DNA of 64,000 nucleotides from an uncultured Campylobacterales bacterium. Lineage in GTDB: Bacteria > Campylobacterota > Campylobacteria > Campylobacterales > QNZT01. Made by a program: the position numbers and the translations under genes. Within the stretch, counting starts at the first letter, position 1; every line of letters starts with the position of its first letter. The notes beneath the pieces were generated by a model that worked only from the letters and a program-made list of their open reading frames with translations, was not told the origin of the DNA and ran no database searches. The stretch is taken from the NCBI GenBank assembly GCA_964560425.1, contig CAZLLE010000083.1, positions 51,743-115,742 on the forward strand. Reading direction: 5' to 3'. Positions 1 to 9,981 of this stretch are shown piece after piece.

Positions 1-1
1 T

Positions 2-853
2 TTTGGATTTTTAGATTTTTCGTTTGATGAAGTAGGTATAGGTAAAGCAACTTCAAGTAGGTATGCTTATACAAATGCTTATAATTATGATATGGGTATT
101 GCTGGGATGAGTGAAATTTGTAGTAATAATGATGCCTTAAATAGTTACCACTATTATACGCAAGTTTGTGCAGATTTGACACAAAAAGTTGATGAAGAGG
201 CCTTTTCTATGGTGATGGAGTATAATAAAAATTTAAATCCAAAAGTAGTTGTTTGGCCTTATGATGGACAACAAGACTCCAAAACAGTTTTTTATGAAGA
301 GTCACCAGATCCTCTTCCTGAATGTGGAGTGAGCGGTTATCCTATTAGTATACAGTTTAATGATATAAAAAATGGGTCTATAGATATGGGTTCATTTAAG
401 TTATTTAATGTAACTACAAATCAAGAAGTTACAAATACAAAATTGATGAATAAAAGCAATGACCCCAATCAGAGATTTACAGATAAGCAGTTTGCTCTTT
501 TTCCAATGGAGAGGTTAAATTGGAATACAAATTACCGTGTTGAAATAGAGTATAATGAAAATGGTGTTTATCAAAAACGAAATTGGAGTTTTAAAACGAA
601 ATCTTTGCCATATCAATATTTTGTAGTAACGGGAAATAATCAATCTTTTAGCGTTGCAAGAGGAGGTACATATCTATTTTATATGAAACCTGCAAATTGT
701 AATGATGTTTTGCGTGAAGCAACCGCATCTGGCTTGGCTGTTGGTATCGGTTTTTATGATACAAATACGATACAAATTACTATACCTAATCAGAGTGGAA
801 ATATTTTTGTAACTCCATCAAATGGAAGAAATTTTACAATTCATGTTAATTAG
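2..853 (+). CDS. hypothetical secreted protein, C-terminal part (5' end outside window)
   Basis: The frame is open from base 2 (FGFLDFSFDEVGIGK... precedes the first Met at 92) to the stop at 851-853, so the gene probably starts upstream of the window. I can name no motif with confidence. Confidence 0.6.
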   Translation, partial: FGFLDFSFDEVGIGKATSSRYAYTNAYNYDMGIAGMSEICSNNDALNSYHYYTQVCADLTQKVDEEAFSMVMEYNKNLNPKVVVWPYDGQQDSKTVFYEESPDPLPECGVSGYPISIQFNDIKNGSIDMGSFKLFNVTTNQEVTNTKLMNKSNDPNQRFTDKQFALFPMERLNWNTNYRVEIEYNENGVYQKRNWSFKTKSLPYQYFVVTGNNQSFSVARGGTYLFYMKPANCNDVLREATASGLAVGIGFYDTNTIQITIPNQSGNIFVTPSNGRNFTIHVN

Positions 854-873
854 ATAAGAGGATAAAACCTCTT

Positions 874-1431
874 ATGTCTAAAGTTTTGATTTTATCAATT
901 TTGTTTTTTTTAGGTTGTTCTGTAAAATATCCGAAAGTAGAAATAGTAAAAACAGATAAATTATTTGTAAAAAAATTAAATCAGGATAAAATCGAAGAGA
1001 TTCAGCATCTCTATAATCAATTAATAGAATTATCTGAGAATGTATCTATAGATGAAGCTCAAAATTTGGCAAGTTCTATTGTTGTCTACTCAATGTATTT
1101 GTCTAATAAATATAAATTAGTTTCACCTCCTAACTTTCAAAACTTTTTAGTGAATATTAAAATAAAAGAGAGAGGTTTATGTTATCAATGGATGTATGAT
1201 TTGAGCTCTTTTATAGGTAAAAATAGATACGAAACATTTGATTTTTATTATGCTGTGGATAATTTGAATACAATCTTTGAACATAATGTATTTGTAATAA
1301 CAGCGAAAAAGGAACTTTTTAAGAGTGGTATTGTGATTGATCCTTGGAGAAATTCAGGTGCAATTCATAGTGTCAAAATTGAAGATGATAAGAACTATAA
1401 ATGGACCAAAAGAGTGAAAGTATTTGACTAA
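874..1431 (+). CDS. putative lipoprotein, unknown function
   Basis: The N-terminus MSKVLILSILFFLGC has a signal peptide plus lipobox Cys. The ORF starts 21 nt after the previous stop, with a GAGGA-like RBS upstream. Confidence 0.65.
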   Translation: MSKVLILSILFFLGCSVKYPKVEIVKTDKLFVKKLNQDKIEEIQHLYNQLIELSENVSIDEAQNLASSIVVYSMYLSNKYKLVSPPNFQNFLVNIKIKERGLCYQWMYDLSSFIGKNRYETFDFYYAVDNLNTIFEHNVFVITAKKELFKSGIVIDPWRNSGAIHSVKIEDDKNYKWTKRVKVFD

Positions 1432-1452
1432 ATACTTTCCTCCTTTAATTAT

Positions 1453-1953
1453 CTATTTTGTAATATTGTACTCTTGAGTTACTGATGAGCTTTTTCCATT
1501 ACTATCTGTAATTGTTAGAGTTGTGATAATTTTTGTTGCAACTTCACATATATGAACAGTGTGTGAGGTTGTATTTTGAATTGAACAATCAATATATGGG
1601 TCACCGTCACTATCAAAGCTATGAATTTCCCAGTCACATTGAACAATTTCACTACTATTATTTTCTATTTCACTTGGTTGACTTGAGTTACAGTCAAATG
1701 TATATGCTTCTCCCGTTATAATAGGTTTTCCATCATTGAAATTTATTACTGGGATAGGTGTAGAAACTGCAGTTACCTCTAGTTCTGGGCTACTTGTGGC
1801 TACAACTTCTTTTATTGTTTGATTTTGTACTTGCGGAATAAGTACAGGCTCATTTAGTGATTTTCCAGAATCACAACAACTATCTTCAGAACTGCCACAA
1901 CCAATAGATAGTAGGGCAGTTATAGCAATTGAAGTTAATATAAAATATTTCAT
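1453..1953 (-). CDS. putative lipoprotein with PKD/Ig-like C-terminal module
   Basis: The lipobox is LLSIGCGSS. The C-terminal pattern CDWEIHSFDSDGDP...TLTITDSNGKSS resembles PKD-type beta-sandwich repeats. Confidence 0.55.
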   Translation of the reverse strand: MKYFILTSIAITALLSIGCGSSEDSCCDSGKSLNEPVLIPQVQNQTIKEVVATSSPELEVTAVSTPIPVINFNDGKPIITGEAYTFDCNSSQPSEIENNSSEIVQCDWEIHSFDSDGDPYIDCSIQNTTSHTVHICEVATKIITTLTITDSNGKSSSVTQEYNITK

Positions 1954-2149
1954 TTAATCAAACACTCCTAGTTTTAATTTTTAGTAATAAGTGTAACTTG
2001 TTACCTTATAAAAAAAGATTAATAAATTATAATCTTCCTTTATAATACCAAAACTAGATAATTTTTATCTTAAATTTAAATTTAAATTTTACTTTAAATT
2101 TAAAATTTTACTTAAAATATAAAATAGATTACTTGTTTTTGTAAAAAAG

Positions 2150-2872
2150 TTAAATACATTGATTTGTTACAAATTGTTGATTTGGATATAAAAATATCTC
2201 AACTCTTCTATTTAGTGCCATATTTGATGGTGTTGTATTTGGAACAATAGGTTTATCATAAGAACAACCTTTCTTATATATTGGATTTGAAATACGACTA
2301 TTATGAATAATATTGGCTACACTTGCTGCTCTTCTTTCTGAAAGATTTTGGTTGTGAGCATGGCTTCCTCTACGATCAGTATGTCCTACTACTTGAATAA
2401 TTGTTGATGGATAGTTGATTAAAATATTGTTTAAACGACTAACTTTTGATCTTGCAGCTTGAGTTAAAGTAGAGGAGTTTGTAGGGAACATCATAGCTTC
2501 TCTAAAAGTAATTTTTACAAAACGATCATTACTTGTCACAATAATGTCTCTATCTCTATTAAATTCTGCTCTTGGAGAGTTATCTACTTGTGTGTCAAGA
2601 GCTTTTGCAACCTCTTTTGCTTGTTTATCCATATTATATCCAATCAAACCACCCAATGCCGCTCCAGCTGCTGCTCCAATAGCAGCATTTTTGCCCTTAT
2701 GTTTTTTTGTTGTTATTGCACCCAAAATTGCTCCAGCTGCTGTTCCAATCATAGCCCCTTTTTGAGTATTGTCTCCTGCCTGTGATGTTTGAGGCATTGT
2801 TGAGACACATCCTCCAATTAGTGGAACAAGAATTAATGGTGCAATTGCTTTTTTTAAAATATTTTTTTTCAT
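2150..2872 (-). CDS. OmpA-family peptidoglycan-associated lipoprotein with Gly-zipper N-terminal region
   Basis: The lipobox is LIGGC. A Gly/Ala zipper is present (GAMIGTAAGAILGA...GAAAGAALGGLIG). The OmpA_C signature reads VVGHTDRRGSHAHNQNLSERRAASV...NRRVEI. Confidence 0.85.
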   Translation of the reverse strand: MKKNILKKAIAPLILVPLIGGCVSTMPQTSQAGDNTQKGAMIGTAAGAILGAITTKKHKGKNAAIGAAAGAALGGLIGYNMDKQAKEVAKALDTQVDNSPRAEFNRDRDIIVTSNDRFVKITFREAMMFPTNSSTLTQAARSKVSRLNNILINYPSTIIQVVGHTDRRGSHAHNQNLSERRAASVANIIHNSRISNPIYKKGCSYDKPIVPNTTPSNMALNRRVEIFLYPNQQFVTNQCI

Positions 2873-2919
2873 TAAAATAATCCTTTATTAACTTTTGCCA
2901 AAATTATACTATATAAAAG

Positions 2920-3441
2920 TTAATTGATTATCATGCTTTGAATATCCTCATATAAAAATATTTCAACTTTTTTGTTATCTTTAGATGGGTATCCTTTAGC
3001 AAACATTTCATTTTTAATGTGAGAATTATCTATAATTTCGGCTATATTAAATGCTCTATTATTTGCCAAATCAATATTCTCTTCCTCTTTTATTAGATCA
3101 TTAGAGTATGTATTGATTTGTATAATGATTGTTGGAAATTTTTTGAGTGAGTGTGTGAGCTGATCTAATATTTCTACTTTTACTATTGGTGTTATGATAG
3201 AAGAGCATTTTGCAAAAGCATTTTTTGGAAAATTGATTTTAATATATTTATCTGTTTTTACTATTAATGATAAGTTATAATCTAATTGCTTATCTTTTAA
3301 CTTTAAATTTTGTTTGAAATTGGATAAAAGAGAGGGATTTTCCAAAAGATCCTTTGTTTGAATATTTTTGGTTGTTGTTGCACATCCTACTAGGAGTAGT
3401 GTAAGTTGTATTGTGGTTAATATTTTTATTATATTTTTCAA
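2920..3441 (-). CDS. lipoprotein with degenerate OmpA-like C-terminal domain
   Basis: The lipobox is LLVGC. The C-terminal half is colinear with OmpA_C (INTYSNDL...NNRAFNIAEII...KKVEIFLY) but the key TD/R residues are substituted. Confidence 0.5.
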   Translation of the reverse strand: MKNIIKILTTIQLTLLLVGCATTTKNIQTKDLLENPSLLSNFKQNLKLKDKQLDYNLSLIVKTDKYIKINFPKNAFAKCSSIITPIVKVEILDQLTHSLKKFPTIIIQINTYSNDLIKEEENIDLANNRAFNIAEIIDNSHIKNEMFAKGYPSKDNKKVEIFLYEDIQSMIIN

Positions 3442-3590
3442 AATTTGTCAACCTTTTTTTACTTTTGTACTATAATATCAGTTTTTATGAAAAAAATCAA
3501 TATATCAAGAAAAATAAAGAATTGTTTATGTAAAATGTACCACTTTTTTACAAAAGCTTAATCATATCAAATCATAAATAAGGTACTATC

Positions 3591-4937
3591 GTGTTTGGAG
3601 CATTAACAGATTCATTTAAAACAGCTATAAATAAAATGCGTTTCGCAGGTGATGATAAATCACTCAAAAAAGCGTTAGATTCCCTTAAAAAATCTCTTTT
3701 AAAGGCTGATGTCCATCATAAAGTAGTAAAAGAACTTATTATGGATATTGATTCAGATGTAAGGGCTAAAGGTATTGGAAAAGATAATTTTCTTCTATCT
3801 TTGAAAAATAGACTTACAGAGATCTTGAGTGCACCTGGAAATCAAGGTTTTGTATATGCCTCAAAGCCACCTACAACAGTTTTGATGTGTGGTCTGCAAG
3901 GTAGTGGTAAGACAACAACAACTGTTAAATTGGCAAATTATTTGAAGACCAAAAAGAAAAAAGTTTTGGTTGCGGCTTGTGATATGCAAAGATTAGCGGC
4001 AGTTGAGCAGTTGAAGCAACTATGTACTCAAAATGAGATAGATCTATTTTCTCAAGAAGATGGGGCAGATGCCGTTGAGATTGCAAAAAATGCGATGAAA
4101 AAAGCAAAAAGTGGTCTGTATGATGTTCTTTTAGTAGATACAGCAGGTCGATTAGCTATTGATGAAGAGCTTATGAATGAGCTTGGAGAGATAAAAGATA
4201 CTGTATCTCCTGATGAAGTTTTTTATGTAGCAGACTCTATGACTGGTCAAGATTCAGTTAGAACAGCAGCAACATTTAATGAAAAGATGAAAATTTCTGG
4301 TGTGGTGCTAAGTAAATATGATGGTGATAGCAAAGGTGGAGTTGCTTTAGGTATTGCAAAACAGCTTGGTATTCCTCTTAGATTTATTGGTACTGGTGAG
4401 AAAGTTGTAGATTTAGAGATCTTTTTGCCTGATCGTGTTGTTAATAGATTGATGGATGAGGGTGATTTAGAGGGACTAGCTGAGAAAACTGCTGATATTA
4501 TAGATGAGAAACAAGCTAGAAAACTTACCTCCAAAATCAAAAAGGGTCAGTTTAACTTCAATGACTTTTTAGATCAGTTGGAGAGTATGAAAAAACTTGG
4601 TAATCTTAAATCTTTAATAGGTATGATGCCGGGGCTTTCTGGAATGGCTGGAAAACTCAAAGATTTAGATTTGGATAATTCAGCTGAAATAAAAAAAATA
4701 AAAGCTATGATAAGTTCTATGACAAAAAAAGAGAGAGAGACCCCATCTTTATTGAATAATAGCCGTAAGAAGAGAATTGCAAATGGTGCAGGATTATCTC
4801 AAATGGAAGTAAATAGATTTCTTAAGCAGTTCCAAAATGCTGCTAAAATGGCAAAGAAATTTTCTGGGAAAAAGGGTATGAGAGATTTAGAAAATATGAT
4901 GTCTCAACAAGGCAAAGGACCAATGTTAGGTCGGTAA
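3591..4937 (+). CDS. ffh: signal recognition particle protein Ffh
   Basis: GTG start. The N-terminus MFGALTDSF is typical. SRP54 GTPase motifs are GLQGSGKTTT, DTAGR and SKYDGDSKGG. A Met-rich M domain lies at the C-terminus. Confidence 0.97.
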   Translation: MFGALTDSFKTAINKMRFAGDDKSLKKALDSLKKSLLKADVHHKVVKELIMDIDSDVRAKGIGKDNFLLSLKNRLTEILSAPGNQGFVYASKPPTTVLMCGLQGSGKTTTTVKLANYLKTKKKKVLVAACDMQRLAAVEQLKQLCTQNEIDLFSQEDGADAVEIAKNAMKKAKSGLYDVLLVDTAGRLAIDEELMNELGEIKDTVSPDEVFYVADSMTGQDSVRTAATFNEKMKISGVVLSKYDGDSKGGVALGIAKQLGIPLRFIGTGEKVVDLEIFLPDRVVNRLMDEGDLEGLAEKTADIIDEKQARKLTSKIKKGQFNFNDFLDQLESMKKLGNLKSLIGMMPGLSGMAGKLKDLDLDNSAEIKKIKAMISSMTKKERETPSLLNNSRKKRIANGAGLSQMEVNRFLKQFQNAAKMAKKFSGKKGMRDLENMMSQQGKGPMLGR

Positions 4938-4943
4938 ACTTTT

Positions 4944-4987
4944 ACAGTTTATCTTTTGTGAAATAGAGTTCACAAAAGATAAGCTGT
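4944..4987 (+). terminator. long stem-loop downstream of ffh (no U-tract)
   Basis: ACAGTTTATCTTTTGTGAA / TTCACAAAAGATAAGCTGT forms a stem of about 19 bp (14 bp perfect core, one G-T pair) with a 6-nt loop, 7 nt after the ffh stop. It is not followed by a T-run, so it may be a processing or stability element rather than an intrinsic terminator. Confidence 0.4.
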
Positions 4988-5097
4988 ATACAATAGGTAT
5001 CTATTTGTAATAAAATTTATATTAACTATGTTTTATTATGAATAGGTACATGAGTTAAGTGCTTAAAAATAAAAATTAATTAAATTAGGGAGTATTA

Positions 5098-5331
5098 ATG
5101 GCAACAGTTGTTAGACTTACAAGAATGGGTAGAAATAAAAAACCATTTTATAGAATCGTGGTTACAGATAGTAGAAAAAGAAGAGATAGTGGTTGGATAG
5201 AGTCAATTGGTTATTATAATCCAATGGTAGAGCCAGAAGTAATCAAGTTTGATAGTGAGAGATTAGATTATTGGAGAAGCTGTGGTGCAAAACTGAGTGA
5301 TAGAGTTAAGAGAATTACAGCAAGTAAGTAG
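5098..5331 (+). CDS. rpsP: 30S ribosomal protein S16
   Basis: [22 protein letters not shown] is the classic S16 N-terminus. The conserved ffh-rpsP-rimM-trmD-rplS context supports the call. Confidence 0.97.
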   Translation: MATVVRLTRMGRNKKPFYRIVVTDSRKRRDSGWIESIGYYNPMVEPEVIKFDSERLDYWRSCGAKLSDRVKRITASK

Positions 5332-5349
5332 TTTTAGGTAATTTAAATC

Positions 5350-5595
5350 ATGATAGATAAATTTATACTAGAGTTTGCAAAGCTTATAGCTGATTACCCT
5401 GACAAGATTCGCATTGATCGCGAGGATGTCGATGACAAATTTTCTGAGCTTACGGTTTGGGCAAATAAGGGTGATACAGGGAAGTTAATTGGTAAAAATG
5501 GGAAGATGATAAGTTCCTTAAAAACCATTATCTCTGGTTGCAAAGCTAAAGATGGACGCTCTTATAGAGTGAGTATCAAAGCAAATGAAGGATAA
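5350..5595 (+). CDS. KH-domain RNA-binding protein (YlqC/UPF0109 family)
   Basis: The GxxG loop reads GKLIGKNGKMISSL. The position between rpsP and rimM is conserved. Confidence 0.85.
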   Translation: MIDKFILEFAKLIADYPDKIRIDREDVDDKFSELTVWANKGDTGKLIGKNGKMISSLKTIISGCKAKDGRSYRVSIKANEG

Positions 5596-6118
5596 TGATC
5601 TTTTAGCAGTTGCTACTATTGGAAAAGTTGTTGGGCTTAGTGGCGAATTAAAGCTACATAGTCATAGTGACTTTTCTGAGCAATTTGTGGAAGGTGCTAA
5701 GTTTACTCTAAATAATGGTAACCAGATTGAGATAGAGTCATATAATCCAAATAGATCACTCGTAAAGTTTTATCACTTTAATGTGCGAGAGGATGCTGCT
5801 AAATTAACAAATCAAAAACTTTTTACTACTGTTGATGAGAGTCGTAAAAACTGTGTTTTAGGTGAAAAAGAGTTTTTTTGGTTTGATATTGTTGGTTTGG
5901 ATATTATAGATGATGGCAAAAATCTTGGTAAGGTAAAAGAGGTTGAGAGAATTGCTAATAGTGATTATCTTCTAATCGAAACTGATAAGCAGTTACTAAA
6001 AGATGGATTGCCCAAAAGATTTTATATACCATACATAGATAGATATGTTATAAAAGTTATTTTAGGTAGTGGATTGATTAAAACTATTGATGCTTATGGA
6101 TTGCTTGAGAGTTCATGA
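5585..6118 (+). CDS. rimM: 16S rRNA processing protein RimM
   Basis: The N-terminal pattern is [13 protein letters not shown] with a PRC-barrel C-terminus. It overlaps the neighbouring genes by 11 nt and 4 nt within the trmD operon. Confidence 0.9.
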   Translation: MKDNDLLAVATIGKVVGLSGELKLHSHSDFSEQFVEGAKFTLNNGNQIEIESYNPNRSLVKFYHFNVREDAAKLTNQKLFTTVDESRKNCVLGEKEFFWFDIVGLDIIDDGKNLGKVKEVERIANSDYLLIETDKQLLKDGLPKRFYIPYIDRYVIKVILGSGLIKTIDAYGLLESS

Positions 6119-6810
6119 AATTCACATTTTTGACACTTTTTGATACTTTAATCAAAGAGTATTTTGAAGATTCTATACTATCTCGTGCTATCAAAAAAGA
6201 TCTTATAGAGATTGATTTTATAAATCCTAGAGATTATACTCTCAATAAACATAAAAAAGTTGATGATTATCAGGTTGGCGGTGGAGCAGGGCTTTTGTTG
6301 ATGGCTCAGCCTCTTGGTGATGCTATAAAATCTATTAAAGATAATGATCCTAACGCATATATTATCTTTCCAACTCCAGCAGGAAAACCATTTAAACAGA
6401 TTGATGCAAAAAGATTATCCAAAAAATCTCATATAGTATTTGTTAGTGGTCGATATGAGGGGATTGATGAGAGGGTAATTGAGAAGTATGCAGATGAGCT
6501 ATTTAGTATAGGTGATTTTATTCTTACAGGTGGTGAATTGGCTAGCTTGTGTATGTGTGATGCTATTAGTAGAAATGTATCGGGAGTGCTTGGAAATCAA
6601 GACTCTTTGAGTGTTGAAAGCTTTGAAGCAGAGCAGTTAGAAGCACCAGCTTTCACAAAACCAAATCAATTTGATGGCAAGGAAGTTATTAAAGAGTATT
6701 TAAAGGGAAATCATAGTAAAATCCACACTTTAAAAAATAGATTAGCCATCTATAAAACACAATTTTTTAGACCAGACTTATATCAAAAAACAAAAATTAA
6801 TAGTAAATAG
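6115..6810 (+). CDS. trmD: tRNA (guanine37-N1)-methyltransferase TrmD
   Basis: Motifs seen are [11 protein letters not shown] and LTGGELAS. Operon context supports the call. Confidence 0.95.
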   Translation: MKFTFLTLFDTLIKEYFEDSILSRAIKKDLIEIDFINPRDYTLNKHKKVDDYQVGGGAGLLLMAQPLGDAIKSIKDNDPNAYIIFPTPAGKPFKQIDAKRLSKKSHIVFVSGRYEGIDERVIEKYADELFSIGDFILTGGELASLCMCDAISRNVSGVLGNQDSLSVESFEAEQLEAPAFTKPNQFDGKEVIKEYLKGNHSKIHTLKNRLAIYKTQFFRPDLYQKTKINSK

Positions 6811-6821
6811 AGGAAAAAACA

Positions 6822-7181
6822 ATGAGAAATAAGTACATTGAAGCTTTTGAAGCAAAGCAAATAGAGGGAAAAAATATTCCTGATTTTAGAGCGGGTGATA
6901 CGCTTAGAGTTGATGTTATAATTAAAGAGGGTGATAAAACAAGAGTTCAAAAATTTGAAGGTGTTTGTATTGCTAGAAGAGGTCAAGGTACAGGTGAGAC
7001 TTTTATGATTAGAAAAATAGGTGCTAACAATGTTGGTGTTGAGAGAATTTTCCCAATTTTGAGTGATAGCATTGAGAATATTACAGTTCTTAGAAGAGGT
7101 AGAGTAAGAAGAGCTAAATTGTTCTATCTTAGAGAGCTTAAAGGTAAAGCAGCAAGAATTAAAGAACTTAAAAGAAAGTAA
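6822..7181 (+). CDS. rplS: 50S ribosomal protein L19
   Basis: The FRAGDTLRV...[12 protein letters not shown]...RRAKLFYLR pattern is typical of L19. Confidence 0.97.
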   Translation: MRNKYIEAFEAKQIEGKNIPDFRAGDTLRVDVIIKEGDKTRVQKFEGVCIARRGQGTGETFMIRKIGANNVGVERIFPILSDSIENITVLRRGRVRRAKLFYLRELKGKAARIKELKRK

Positions 7182-7198
7182 TCTTTTAGATCTTTTAA

Positions 7199-7233
7199 GG
7201 TTCTCTACTCTTTTGAGTAGGGAACCTTTTTTT
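7199..7233 (+). terminator. rho-independent terminator after rplS
   Basis: GGTTCTCTACTC-TTTT-GAGTAGGGAACC forms a 12-bp stem (one G-T pair) followed by T7. It lies between the convergent rplS and the minus-strand gene ending at 7245. Confidence 0.8.
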
Positions 7234-7244
7234 ATGCCTAAAAT

Positions 7245-7673
7245 TTAAATTATAAATGGGATAATCATCTTTGTAGATTTTTTATACTCATGATAAAAAT
7301 CACTATTTATATGCCACAACTTCTCCTCTTTAAAAGCTTTTATTAATACTGCAAGAGTCATAATAATTAGAAAAAGTAAATTTATCCAATTGAAATGATA
7401 AAGGACAATACCTAACATAAATAGTATTAATGAACTATACATAGGGTGTCTTATAAACTTATATGGACCAGTTATAACTAATTTTGCATTATCTTTGATC
7501 TCTGGAGTAATATTAAAATTTCCAACCTTGTTGTGTGTAAAAATCCAAAGGGCTGTGATTGAAGATATTATGATTAATATCCACCATAAATTTGTAAGAG
7601 TTATGCTTTGTTTTGGATATAAGATAACAAATATGGAAAAGAATTGTACAGATACTAAAAATTTTGAATTCAT
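7245..7673 (-). CDS. isoprenylcysteine carboxyl methyltransferase (ICMT/PEMT)-family membrane protein
   Basis: It has four hydrophobic segments and the family motif VITGPYKFIRHPMYSS. Confidence 0.7.
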   Translation of the reverse strand: MNSKFLVSVQFFSIFVILYPKQSITLTNLWWILIIISSITALWIFTHNKVGNFNITPEIKDNAKLVITGPYKFIRHPMYSSLILFMLGIVLYHFNWINLLFLIIMTLAVLIKAFKEEKLWHINSDFYHEYKKSTKMIIPFII

Positions 7674-7676
7674 ATT

Positions 7677-8129
7677 TTAATAATTTTTCATAGCACTTCT
7701 AGCATCACGATCTGCTTGTCTCTTTTTGAGTGTCTCTCGTTTATCATGAAGCTTCTTACCTTTGGCAAGTGCAATTTGTACTTTTGCCAAATTTTTGTGG
7801 TTAAAATATATACTAATTGGTACAATAGAGAGACCATCTTGTGCTACTTTGCCTATAAGTTTATCTATCTCTTTGCGATGAAGTAGAAGTTTTCTATCTC
7901 TTCTCTCATCAGGTTTGTAGAATGAGTGTGTGGTTTCAAAATATGATATATGAGCATTTAGTAAAAATGCCTCATTTTTAATGATCTTTACAAAACTATC
8001 TTTTAGATTTACTCGACCAGCTCGAAGGGCTTTTACTTCACTCCCTTTTAATGATAATCCTGCTTCAAATCTCTCTAATATCTCATAATCATGAAAAGCT
8101 TTTCTATTTTTTGCTACTGTTATACCCAT
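7677..8129 (-). CDS. smpB: SsrA-binding protein SmpB
   Basis: [13 protein letters not shown]...[13 protein letters not shown]...LLLHRKEI is the SmpB signature. Confidence 0.96.
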   Translation of the reverse strand: MGITVAKNRKAFHDYEILERFEAGLSLKGSEVKALRAGRVNLKDSFVKIIKNEAFLLNAHISYFETTHSFYKPDERRDRKLLLHRKEIDKLIGKVAQDGLSIVPISIYFNHKNLAKVQIALAKGKKLHDKRETLKKRQADRDARSAMKNY

Positions 8130-8138
8130 TTATATATC

Positions 8139-8909
8139 CTATCTAATTCTAAAAAATGAACTACCACTACCACTAAAAAACCAGCTATCTTTTTGATACT
8201 CTTTTAATTTAGGTTCTAAATCAAGACTAGGGGCAAATAGGTCATTTAGTGTAATACTATCATAATTTGCAAGAATATCTCTACTTGAGAGAGGGAGCAA
8301 CTCTTCTGCCAATTTTGGTTCTATTTGGGATAGATACTCTTTTCTAAATTGCTGATAAACTTTTGTGGTATCACAAGCTATTTTTGGTGTGAAGGTTTCT
8401 ATATCAATAGACTCTTCTTTGAACTCCTCTACAATCTCACCAATACCGCTTACATTTGCACTATTTGTCTCATAAATAAAAAATGATACATCAGCTCCAA
8501 TAGAACTACCGATGGATGATAGAGTCTCTTTGTCTAATCCTAAAGATAAAACTTTGTTTGTGAGTAGTAAAAATGAAGCAGCATTTGAACTACCTCCACC
8601 AAGTCCTGCAAATTCAGGAATATGTTTATTTACGACTACATCATGAGTTTCAAAAAACTCTTCTATTCTCTTCTCTTTGGTATAATTTAATAGTGCTTTA
8701 TAGGCTTTGTATATAGTATTGCTTTTGGTCTGACAACTAAAATTACCTATTAGGTTAAAAGTTTTATTGTTTGACTCTTTTTTTTTAAACTCAATTGTGT
8801 CAAATAGATTTTTGACAATAACAAACCTAGAGATAAGCTCATGATAATTATTACGAGTTCCCACAATTTTTAAAAATATATTAACTTTTGCATAAGAGAT
8901 TATTTTCAT
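8139..8909 (-). CDS. ispE: 4-(cytidine 5'-diphospho)-2-C-methyl-D-erythritol kinase
   Basis: The GHMP kinase motif reads PEFAGLGGGSSNAAS and the N-terminus is AKVNIFLKIVG. The csrA-ispE-smpB synteny matches Helicobacter. Confidence 0.9.
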   Translation of the reverse strand: MKIISYAKVNIFLKIVGTRNNYHELISRFVIVKNLFDTIEFKKKESNNKTFNLIGNFSCQTKSNTIYKAYKALLNYTKEKRIEEFFETHDVVVNKHIPEFAGLGGGSSNAASFLLLTNKVLSLGLDKETLSSIGSSIGADVSFFIYETNSANVSGIGEIVEEFKEESIDIETFTPKIACDTTKVYQQFRKEYLSQIEPKLAEELLPLSSRDILANYDSITLNDLFAPSLDLEPKLKEYQKDSWFFSGSGSSFFRIR

Positions 8910-8923
8910 TAAAAAACCTTATA

Positions 8924-9154
8924 TTATTTTTTTAGTAACTTACTAAAACTTTTAAGTTGTTCGATATTTGGTTTGAGAGAAGCTTTAGTATTTGCCTCTT
9001 TGACTTTCTCTTTTAACTCTCCTCTTAAGATAACTATATCTTTTGGGGCAGTTATTCCTATTTTTACCATTCCTTTGGTTATATTTTCGATAGATATTGT
9101 GATATCATTTCCTATATGGATCTTTTCTCCATCTTTTCTTCCTAGTATTAACAT
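8924..9154 (-). CDS. csrA: carbon storage regulator CsrA
   Basis: MLILGRKDGEKIHIG...ITISI...VKIGITAPKDIVILRGEL is the canonical CsrA fold sequence. Confidence 0.95.
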   Translation of the reverse strand: MLILGRKDGEKIHIGNDITISIENITKGMVKIGITAPKDIVILRGELKEKVKEANTKASLKPNIEQLKSFSKLLKK

Positions 9155-9981
9155 AATTTAACTCCATTTAATATATATGTTACTTTAGAATCTTCTATTT
9201 TAATAATAGAAAGTATAGTTCCTATTTTTAAAAAGTATTCACCTTCCTCTTTTATTTGAAAATTTTCAATATAGACTTTTTTGCCTAGGAGAATATCGTC
9301 ATGATCTGATAAATAGTAATTTTGTTTTACATTTAAATATTTTATTGGGTCTAATGCTATCTCTTTGTTGTAAAAAAGTTCTCCCTCATGAAGCCTCTCC
9401 AATGCACTTAAAGAGCCAAAGGTACCAAGTTTATTGGCTATTATATCTCCCATGCTTCTAATATATCCACCCTCTGAAATTGTTATTTCAAAGGTTAAAA
9501 ATGGATGATTATAATGAATAAGTTCTATTTTTGATATTGTACTTGTAATCTTTTTTAGATTGATCTCTTCATCATTTCTTGCTAGTTTATATGCTCTTTC
9601 ACCATTGATTTTTTTTGCTGAATATTTTGGTGGTAGATAGTCTATCTTCCCTTTGAGTGAATTTAGTGTTTGAATAATTTTTTCATGAGGGATATGTGGT
9701 ATCTCTTTTATTAAATCTACTTTCTCGATATCTAGTGTATCACTATGAGCTCCTAGCCAAAGTGTAGCTCTGTAGCTTTTTGGGCTTTTTTTGAGAAATC
9801 TAAAGAGCTTTGTATATTGTCCAAAAGCGATAATAAGTACACCTTTGGCAAATGGGTCTAATGTCCCTGAAAAACCAGCTTTTTTGGGCTGATAAGTTCT
9901 TTTTATTTTTGATAGATAACGGTTGGAACTCATAGATGCAGGTTTATATCCTACAAATAGTCTATTAATTGCTATTTTCAA
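9148..9981 (-). CDS. truB: tRNA pseudouridine(55) synthase TruB
   Basis: The catalytic motif is GTLDPFAKGVL. It overlaps csrA and uvrD by 7 nt and 4 nt. Confidence 0.92.
   Translation of the reverse strand: MKIAINRLFVGYKPASMSSNRYLSKIKRTYQPKKAGFSGTLDPFAKGVLIIAFGQYTKLFRFLKKSPKSYRATLWLGAHSDTLDIEKVDLIKEIPHIPHEKIIQTLNSLKGKIDYLPPKYSAKKINGERAYKLARNDEEINLKKITSTISKIELIHYNHPFLTFEITISEGGYIRSMGDIIANKLGTFGSLSALERLHEGELFYNKEIALDPIKYLNVKQNYYLSDHDDILLGKKVYIENFQIKEEGEYFLKIGTILSIIKIEDSKVTYILNGVKLC

Noticed and set aside
2071-2125. AT-rich imperfect direct repeats (TAAATTTAAATTTAAATTTTACTT / TAAATTTAAAATTTTACTT)
   Set aside because: I considered a tandem repeat or CRISPR-like array. There are only two short degenerate units of pure A/T, consistent with phased A-tracts in a promoter or terminator spacer, and no spacer-repeat architecture.
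2544-2785. Two + strand ORFs (2544-2765, 2588-2785) inside the OmpA-family gene
   Set aside because: They are antisense shadow ORFs within a gene carrying clear OmpA_C motifs. Their translations are low-complexity (Ala/Pro/Cys/Ser runs mirroring the Gly-zipper codons) and they have no RBS.
3487-3561. 24-aa ORF (MKKINISRKIKNCLCKMYHFFTKA) in the divergent ffh promoter region
   Set aside because: It has no RBS, is very short and lies in an AT-rich promoter region. Nothing supports translation.
3925-4540. Minus-strand ORFs 3925-4107 and 4247-4540 inside ffh
   Set aside because: They are shadow frames opposite a confidently identified SRP54 gene, with no motifs or start context.
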